Assembly (NCBI GenBank): GCA_041695225.1
Contig: JBGFRI010000020.1
Location: 1-55,950 of the forward strand
Reading direction: 5' to 3'
Length of the DNA stretch: 55,950 nucleotides
Source of the DNA: Deinococcota bacterium
Lineage (GTDB): Bacteria > Deinococcota > Deinococci > Deinococcales > Thermaceae
Made by a program: the position numbers and the translations under genes. Each line of letters begins with the position of its first letter. Position 1 is the first letter of the stretch. The notes beneath the pieces are model-generated. The model did no database searches and was not told the origin of the DNA. It saw nothing but the letters and a program-made list of their open reading frames with translations. Below are positions 49,636 to 55,950 of the stretch, in pieces.

Positions 49636-52266
49636 TTAGGGCGGCTTGAGTCTGAGCGGAAGGCCGAGGTCTCGCATGGCGGCCTGGTAGATACCCCAGG
49701 CCTCTTTGGACAAAGGAGTCTCCAGCAGTCGAGCCAGAATGCCCTCGTCGGTAGGCTCGAGCCGCAGGGCTTTTAGCCAGCAAACAGGTTCGCTTGTACT
49801 TAAGAGCCGTTTTACCTGCGCAAGCTGGTAAGCCGACCGGTAGTGCAGCAGCTCGTTGTGATCCAGACCCTCAAAGGGTAAGGTCTCCTGGTCGCCAGGC
49901 TGCCACAGGTCAACCTGGAGTTCCGGCACCCTGGCCAGACCGTAGGGCTGCAAGAAATACCCAGGAGCACGTCTGGGCCGCCCGGGTTCCAGCATTCCCA
50001 GCAGCTCCGACCATAAGACCCTGAATTCGCCATCCGAGACCTCTAAGGTGTCCATAAGGGCCTCTTTGCTCCAGTCACGCACCAGCAAGAGCGCCAGCAA
50101 GGTTCGGGTTTTCTCGCGCTTGAAGCGGACCTCCTGATGGCCCACCCAGACCCGCAGCCTACCCCTGGCCTGAATCTGGACGCAAACCCCCGGATGGTAG
50201 GGCAGGTCTAGCCGACCTGCTTCCCATAAAAGCCGGCGGCTGCGGTGAACCGGCGGGGCAAAGAGTGTAGCACCCAGCAAAAAAGGATAGAGCTCGAGTA
50301 GCCTCCAGGAATTGAAGTGCCAGTGATAGTTCTCGGCCAGCGCCAGCAAGAAAGGGTCTTCCACCCCCGCCAGGGCAGGTATGGCAAATGGCCGGCCCCG
50401 GCGCAGGTGGGCCTGGGCAACCATCATGGTCATAAAGGCTTCTATCCAGGGGTCGCCCGAGTCGCGGGCATAACGCGCCATATCGCCAAAGGCTCTGGCC
50501 TCGCCCAGGGCCGCAAGCCCTCCGAGCGCTTCGACCTTTAGCCGCGAAAGCCCGCCTTGCGATAGGGATAGCGAGCGTTTATAGGCTTCTTCGGCTTCCC
50601 CCCAGCGGTTTTGCGCTAACAGGGCGTGGCCCAGCCGGGCTTCGGCCAGGGTCATCACAAACGGGCTACCCAGGGCTTCTCCTTCGCGGCGCCCTTTCTG
50701 CGCAGCCATCTCCGCTGAGGTGGCGTCCCCGGCTACGGCTTCCAGCAGCGCCAGCAACAAGGTTCCCTCGCGGTGATTCTGCGGTGCGCGGGCGGTGCTT
50801 CCGGTCTCAAGCTGCCTGAGTTCCAGGAGCGCGCGCTCTGGCTGCCCGCTACGCAGCCATACCCTGGGGCCATCCAGCCCTTGTGCAATGGCCTCTTTCA
50901 CCCTGCCAGCGTTGAGGAGATTTTCTGCTAAGAGCAGCTTTAAGACCTCCTGGGGATACCGCTGGCGAGCAGAGAGCAAGTACCCCTGGGCCTTAGCAGG
51001 CTCTACCGTGTCTAAGTAGAGCCGCGACAAACCCAGTAAAGCCTGGTCTACACCGGCCTTAAGTGCTTGCTGATACTGCTGCTCGGCCTCGGCATAACGC
51101 CCGGCCTGGCGCAAGCCTTCGGCCTGCAAGAAGCCGAGCATTGGGCGAGCCACAAGGATGGGCTCTGGCAAGCACTCGAGCATTGCCAGCACGGTATAGG
51201 TCAGGCCCTTAGACAGCCACTCCCCACCCCGCACCAGCACCAGATCGGCCGCGTGGCCCAGGCGGCCGGCTTCCAGCAGATACCAGGCGGCCCGTACGTC
51301 CTCGCCCCGCTGTAACACTGCATCGGCTGCCTTAGAAAGCAGATCGCGCACCTCCCCAGGCTCTATGGTGGTCAAGAGCGCCTGACGCACCAGGGGGTGA
51401 AAGCGAATGCGCTCTCCCACTCTTTCCAGAAGTAAATCGGCCTGGTAGGGCTCGAGCAGGCTGGTATCGCCTACCCAGCCGGCCTCTTCTGGGCCCAGCT
51501 CACCCAGCACGCTGGCCCTAGCCGCCAGGCGCACTAGGCTTTCGGGCAGCCCTTGCACCAGGTAGGCCAGCAGCCCCGCGGGGTCGGGGTGGGCATAAAA
51601 GGCCTGCTCGGGCCTGGCGCCGCGCTGCATCGCCCGCAACAGTAAGCGCAGGCCCAGCGGCCAGCCCCTTACCAGGCTGTGGGCCCGCCCCACCTCGAAG
51701 GCCGGCAGTTCTGGGGCTATGGCCTGGGCCAGTTGCAGCGCCTCCCAGGCATCGAAGGCCAGCTCACTCTCCCCTATCACCCGACCCAGAACCTCCCAGG
51801 GCGCCGCCCTGCGGGTCAGGACCGCTACGCGCAGCTCTGGAATCTGGGCCAGGGTGCGCAGCAATGCCACCGCTTCGCGGCTCGCGACCCGCTGGGCCTC
51901 GTCCAGCACCAGCAGATGCGCCGGCAGCTCGCTGATGGCCGCTACCAGGGCCTCACCTGCGCTGGCCCAGGCGCCCCGTTCCAGGGCTCCCGCAGCCGCC
52001 TTTAGCCCCGCGCCCAGCCGGGGTGTGTAGGCCTCTACCAGATGCCAGCCAAATACCACCGGGTCGGCGCAGTCTTCCCCCAGGGTCAGCCAGACCGCAG
52101 GCAGGGCGGCCAGCAGGGTTGACTTGCCGTAACCAGCCCCAGCGGCCAGCACCAGCACCGGACTCCTGGCAAAGCCCCGGTCCAGCCCCTCCCGCAGCCG
52201 CACCCGGTCTACCTCCCCGGCTGTGCGGGGCGGGAGCAGACGGCTTTTTGGTACAAGGTAGGGCAC
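49636..52266 (-). CDS. Large MalT/STAND-type transcriptional activator (P-loop, TPR, C-terminal wHTH/BTAD-like)
   Basis: AGAGYGKST, LVLDE, GWP, FHPL, TPR helices, C-terminal GRLRV...REKTRTLLALLL...VDLW. Confidence 0.85.
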   Translation of the reverse strand: MPYLVPKSRLLPPRTAGEVDRVRLREGLDRGFARSPVLVLAAGAGYGKSTLLAALPAVWLTLGEDCADPVVFGWHLVEAYTPRLGAGLKAAAGALERGAWASAGEALVAAISELPAHLLVLDEAQRVASREAVALLRTLAQIPELRVAVLTRRAAPWEVLGRVIGESELAFDAWEALQLAQAIAPELPAFEVGRAHSLVRGWPLGLRLLLRAMQRGARPEQAFYAHPDPAGLLAYLVQGLPESLVRLAARASVLGELGPEEAGWVGDTSLLEPYQADLLLERVGERIRFHPLVRQALLTTIEPGEVRDLLSKAADAVLQRGEDVRAAWYLLEAGRLGHAADLVLVRGGEWLSKGLTYTVLAMLECLPEPILVARPMLGFLQAEGLRQAGRYAEAEQQYQQALKAGVDQALLGLSRLYLDTVEPAKAQGYLLSARQRYPQEVLKLLLAENLLNAGRVKEAIAQGLDGPRVWLRSGQPERALLELRQLETGSTARAPQNHREGTLLLALLEAVAGDATSAEMAAQKGRREGEALGSPFVMTLAEARLGHALLAQNRWGEAEEAYKRSLSLSQGGLSRLKVEALGGLAALGEARAFGDMARYARDSGDPWIEAFMTMMVAQAHLRRGRPFAIPALAGVEDPFLLALAENYHWHFNSWRLLELYPFLLGATLFAPPVHRSRRLLWEAGRLDLPYHPGVCVQIQARGRLRVWVGHQEVRFKREKTRTLLALLLVRDWSKEALMDTLEVSDGEFRVLWSELLGMLEPGRPRRAPGYFLQPYGLARVPELQVDLWQPGDQETLPFEGLDHNELLHYRSAYQLAQVKRLLSTSEPVCWLKALRLEPTDEGILARLLETPLSKEAWGIYQAAMRDLGLPLRLKPP

Positions 52267-52392
52267 CGTGAACCTATTTTAGGCGTCAGTTCGGGCTTTG
52301 AACACCGGCGAAGCGGGCATGGGCCGCAGTAGCCCCAATCTGGGCCGGGTGCGTCTGAGAGATACGCTGCATCCCGACAGGCTGCGCCGGGC

Positions 52393-52421
52393 TTGACGGG
52401 ACTGCTGGCGCTCTGATACTT
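52393..52421 (+). promoter_or_regulatory. Sigma70 promoter of the thi operon
   Basis: TTGACG-17-GATACT just upstream of the riboswitch. Confidence 0.6.
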
Positions 52422-52430
52422 TTAGCTGAC

Positions 52431-52520
52431 CGGCTGGGGGTGCCCCTGTGGGGGTTGAGAACAGGCCAGGCCCTGTAACCCTTGGAACCTGATCCGGCTA
52501 AGACCGGCGTAGGGAAGCCT
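52431..52520 (+). ncRNA. TPP riboswitch
   Basis: GGGGTGC..TGAGA..ACCC..GAACCTGATCCGGCTAAGACCGGCGTAGGGAAG; downstream CCTCCC/GGGAGG hairpin plus T-tract covers the thiE RBS. Confidence 0.95.
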
Positions 52521-52587
52521 GCGGAAAACCCTTCCAACCAGGGTGCGCTTACCCCTCCCGGCTAGTTAGCGATACTGGGAGGTTTTT

Positions 52588-53214
52588 TTGCTTGCAAGGC
52601 TTTACCTGGTAGTGAGCCCCCGGCCCGGCCAGCCCGAGGCCCTACTGCTGGCCCGCCTCGAGGCCGCCCTGGGGGGTGGGGTGGAGATGCTGCAACTGCG
52701 GGCCAAGGAGCTCGAGGCCCAGGCCATCCTGAAGCTGGGTGAGAAGCTTCAGACCCTGTGCAAAAGATACCGCGCCCCGCTGGTAATCAACGACCGGCCC
52801 GACCTGGCCGCCATACTGGCCGCCGACGGGGTACACCTGGGGCAGGGGGACCTGAGCGTGGCCCAGGCCCGGCGCTTTTTTGCTGGCCTGGTGGGCCGCA
52901 GTACCCATCGGCCGGAGCAGGCGCTTGCAGAGCAGGCCGTGCTGGAGGGTGGCCCGGGCTATCTCTCGGTGGGGCCGGTCTGGGAGACTCCCACCAAGCC
53001 CGGGCGGGCCGCCACCAGTCTGGACTACGTGAGGTGGGCGGCGCAAAACCTGCGGGTGCCCTGGTTCGCCATCGGGGGCATTGACCAGCACAACCTGCCC
53101 CAGGTGCTGGAGGCCGGCGCCCGCCGGATAGCGGTGGTGCGGTCTATCCTGGACGCGCCCGACCCCGAGCAGGCGGCCGCAGCCATGCGGAGGTGGCTGG
53201 ATGGTCTGGATTAA
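52588..53214 (+). CDS. thiE: Thiamine phosphate synthase
   Basis: QLRAK, INDRPD, GVHLGQGD, TPTKPG, AIGGI. Confidence 0.95.
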   Translation: MLARLYLVVSPRPGQPEALLLARLEAALGGGVEMLQLRAKELEAQAILKLGEKLQTLCKRYRAPLVINDRPDLAAILAADGVHLGQGDLSVAQARRFFAGLVGRSTHRPEQALAEQAVLEGGPGYLSVGPVWETPTKPGRAATSLDYVRWAAQNLRVPWFAIGGIDQHNLPQVLEAGARRIAVVRSILDAPDPEQAAAAMRRWLDGLD

Positions 53215-53407
53215 CGGCCAGGCCGTGGAGGCCGAGGGCAAAAGTCTGAGCGAGGTGGTGGAAGAGCTGTGCAGCCAGCAGGGAATTAGCCCCGACGCGG
53301 TGGCTGTGCTGCTGAACGACGAAATTTGGGTCAAAGGCCGCTGGCCAGCCCGGCCCCTGGCTGAGGGGGACGTGGTGGAGATAGTAGCCATGATGCAGGG
53401 AGGCTAA
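53201..53407 (+). CDS. thiS: Sulfur carrier protein ThiS
   Basis: ING start, GDVVEIV, C-terminal GG. Confidence 0.95.
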   Translation: MVWINGQAVEAEGKSLSEVVEELCSQQGISPDAVAVLLNDEIWVKGRWPARPLAEGDVVEIVAMMQGG

Positions 53408-53409
53408 AT

Positions 53410-54207
53410 GTGAGCAGTCTGGTAATAGCAGGCCAGCAACTAAACAGCCGCTTGCTGGTGGGTACCGGCAAGTACCGCGACTTTGCGCTGATGCGGGAGG
53501 CCATTGCGGCCTCCGGGGCCGAGGTGGTGACGGTTTCCATCCGCCGGGTAGAGGTTGGGGCAGCCGGGCACCAGGGCCTGCTGGAGGCGCTGGACTGGCA
53601 GCGCCTGCGGGTGCTGCCCAACACCGCCGGCGCCCGCACCGCCGAGGAGGCCCTGCGCCTGGCCCGGCTGGGGCGGGCCCTCACCGGAAGCGACTGGGTA
53701 AAGCTCGAGGTCATCCCCGACCCCACCTATCTGCTGCCCGACCCCATTGATACCTACCGCGCCGCCGAGGTTTTGCTGCAGGAGGGCTTTGTGGTGCTGC
53801 CTTACATCGGGCCCGATCCGGTGCTGGCGCTGCGCCTGGCCCGACTCGGCTGCGCTACGGTGATGCCCCTGGCCTCCCCCATCGGCTCGGGGCAGGGCCT
53901 GAAGAACCGGGCCATGCTGGAAATTTTTGCTCAGCAGCGTTCGTTGCTGCCGCCCATCGTGGTGGATGCAGGGCTGCGCTGGCCCTCCGAAGCCGCGGGG
54001 GTGATGGAACTTGGGGCCGACGCGGTGCTGGTCAACACCGCTATTGCCGAGGCCCAGGACCCGGTCAGCATGGCCGCCGCCTTCAGCCAGGCGGTTCAGG
54101 CCGGGCGGATGGCCTATCTGGCCGGCCCAATGCCCGAACGGGCCTTCGCCAGCCCCTCCAGCCCAGCCCAGGGCGTTCCCCTACCCCAGCCCGAGACGCC
54201 GTTATGA
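53410..54207 (+). CDS. thiG: Thiazole synthase
   Basis: [36 protein letters not shown]. Confidence 0.96.
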   Translation: MSSLVIAGQQLNSRLLVGTGKYRDFALMREAIAASGAEVVTVSIRRVEVGAAGHQGLLEALDWQRLRVLPNTAGARTAEEALRLARLGRALTGSDWVKLEVIPDPTYLLPDPIDTYRAAEVLLQEGFVVLPYIGPDPVLALRLARLGCATVMPLASPIGSGQGLKNRAMLEIFAQQRSLLPPIVVDAGLRWPSEAAGVMELGADAVLVNTAIAEAQDPVSMAAAFSQAVQAGRMAYLAGPMPERAFASPSSPAQGVPLPQPETPL

Positions 54208-55097
54208 GTGTGGTGGTGCTGGGGGGCGGCATCGTCGGTAGCCTGATCGCCTACCGCCTGCGCCAGCAAGGCCTCGAGGTAACCCTGCTCGATGCCGCTA
54301 AGGCCGGGCAGGCTACCCGTGCCTCGGCGGGTATGCTGGCCCCGCACGCCGAAGGGCTGGGGGGCGAGCTGCTGGACTGGGCCCAGGAGGGGCTAGAGCG
54401 CTACCCCGAACTGGTAGAAGAGCTCGAGGCCGCCAGCGGGATCAGGACTCCCCTTGCCCTTAGCGGGGTCTGGAGCGTTGAGCCACCGCTGCACGGCTGG
54501 CAGGCCCTGCGCGATCTGAAGCCGCTTCCTGGTGGCTACCTGGACCCGGTACTGCTGCTGGCCGCAGTGCAAAAGGCCTTTGTGAACCTGGGCGGCACCC
54601 TGCGAACAGAAGAAGCCCAGCATCTCAAGACCGGCTGGGTACATACCGCCAGCCAGCGCTTGGCAGCCAGGCAGATCATTATTGCCTGTGGGGCCTGGTC
54701 GGGCCGCTTTGGGCTGGAGGTGCGCCCGCTAAAAGGTGAAGCCCTGCTGCTGGGGGCCCCGCCGCCCCCCGGCCCGGTCTTTGCCGGAGCGGGCTATGCA
54801 CTGCCGCGCGGGGCCCAGGTCTACCTTGGGGCCACCCAGCGCGAGAGCTGGCAGCCAGGGGTCGAAGACCAGGGGCGCCGGTGGTTAGAGCTCTACCGCG
54901 AGGCGCACTTCCCTCACCTTCACCACGCCCCGGTGGTAGCGAGCCTCTGGGGCTACCGCCCGGCGGGCGCGCTAACGGTGGGGCGGCTAGAGCCGGGAAT
55001 TCTGGCCGCCACCGGGCACGGGCGCAACGGCATCCTGCTGGCCCCGGCTACCGCCCGCCGCATCACCGAGCTGGTGCTGGAGTCCTGGAAGACGTGA
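54204..55097 (+). CDS. thiO: Glycine oxidase
   Basis: [23 protein letters not shown]; thi operon context. Confidence 0.88.
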   Translation: MSVVVLGGGIVGSLIAYRLRQQGLEVTLLDAAKAGQATRASAGMLAPHAEGLGGELLDWAQEGLERYPELVEELEAASGIRTPLALSGVWSVEPPLHGWQALRDLKPLPGGYLDPVLLLAAVQKAFVNLGGTLRTEEAQHLKTGWVHTASQRLAARQIIIACGAWSGRFGLEVRPLKGEALLLGAPPPPGPVFAGAGYALPRGAQVYLGATQRESWQPGVEDQGRRWLELYREAHFPHLHHAPVVASLWGYRPAGALTVGRLEPGILAATGHGRNGILLAPATARRITELVLESWKT

Positions 55098-55151
55098 CGG
55101 TAGCACGCCAATAGCCGACCCAGCCCTTACCGATTTTCATTAGAAGGCTAC

Positions 55152-55242
55152 GGGCTATCGGCCATCAGCTATAGGCTATCGACTATCCGCTATAGACTAT
55201 CGACTATCCGCTTTAGGCTATCAGCTATCAGCTATAGGCTAT
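55152..55242. repeat. 13-unit heptamer tandem array (NNRCTAT)
   Basis: GGGCTAT CGGCCAT CAGCTAT AGGCTAT CGACTAT CCGCTAT AGACTAT ... Confidence 0.9.
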
Positions 55243-55340
55243 CGGCGTGCTATATTACCTGACAAGTGTATTGGCTTGCTTAAGGGCGGGTTCGCACAGG
55301 TTTCTGCGGCTGTGCTGGCGAATTACCACCAAAGGTTTAT

Positions 55341-55838
55341 ATGGCGGATCTACAAACCCTCTTTGTAAAACTATCGGCGCGCTTTGCCGGCCTGTCCTAT
55401 GGGCAGCTAGACCAGGGGATTGAGCAGACCATAGCTGAACTGGGAGAACACACCGGAGCAGACCGGGTTTATGTCTTCATCATACGGAGCCAGCTCATGT
55501 ACAACACCCACGAGTGGTGCGCGGCGGAGATCAGCCCGCAGAAAGACAACCTGCAGGCTAGGCCACTCGAGACAATCGAACCCTGGCTAAAGCTGTTTTC
55601 GCAGAGCCAGGCGGTGACCATCCCGCGGGTGGCCGACCTGCCCCCCGAGCGCCAGCGTGAGCGCGAAATTTTGCAGGCGCAGGATATTCAGTCGCTTTTG
55701 GCGGCGCCGATGAGCGGAACTTTGGGGCTGTTGGGCTTCCTGGGTTTCGACAGTGTGCGCCGGGAAAGAAGCTGGCAGCAGGACGAGGTGGTGCTGCTCC
55801 AGGCCACCGCCAACCTGATTGCCGGGGCCCTAGTATAG
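55341..55838 (+). pseudogene. GAF-domain signalling gene truncated by IS630 insertion
   Basis: ADRVYVF, NTHEWC, QDIQSLL..PM, GFLGFDSV; the stop codon lies inside the putative IS end. Confidence 0.7.
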
Positions 55839-55950
55839 CGTTCACAAAATAACGTTCGATGATTAGACCATAACCTCATCAAGCTTGTATTTCCACTTGA
55901 ACACTACCGGAGCAGCATTGACCTCGTCGAGATATTGCTCGATCCTTTGT
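55833..55950 (-). mobile_element. IS630-family element, terminal repeat and transposase C-terminus (partial)
   Basis: Minus frame 55949-55863 reads QRIEQYLDEVNAAPVVFKWKYKLDEVMV*; end GTATAGCGTTCAC follows a TA dinucleotide at 55831-55832. Confidence 0.78.

Overview
GC-rich chromosomal window from a Deinococcota bacterium, most likely Meiothermus or a close relative. The evidence is the 16S 3' end, LysW-pathway lysK, the Thermus-type fbcCXFB complex III, a Thermus FadR-type operator and many -10-only (leaderless) starts. It opens with the 3' end of a 16S gene not linked to 23S. Mostly housekeeping and metabolic genes follow: crtI, acd-etfB-etfA, an old yellow enzyme, fbcCXFB, a LacD-type aldolase, a rhodanese/thioredoxin cluster, a GGDEF protein, trmL, lysK, ferredoxin, ilvA, argS, an HtrA protease, a molybdopterin oxidoreductase, a lipid/ester utilisation cluster with a LIV-type ABC transporter and STAND/BTAD activator, and a TPP riboswitch with thiESGO. 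The window ends in an IS630 element that truncates a GAF gene. The best candidate for an undescribed system is an Avd/IVS-type four-helix-bundle gene inside the acd-etf operon, bracketed by inverted arrays of 7-nt repeats. Many gene-less heptamer hairpins accompany it: one splits a perfect Shine-Dalgarno from its start codon, and another was copied 5 kb away with flanking etf coding sequence. Other notable items are a predicted BTAD-activator regulon with a Cys-His-His KAS III homolog, a BrxC-immunity-domain fusion, a CsoR/CstR-like operator, two decayed toxin-antitoxin loci, several dispersed repeat families and CTCGAG over-representation. All protein calls come from motif recognition by eye; no database search was run.
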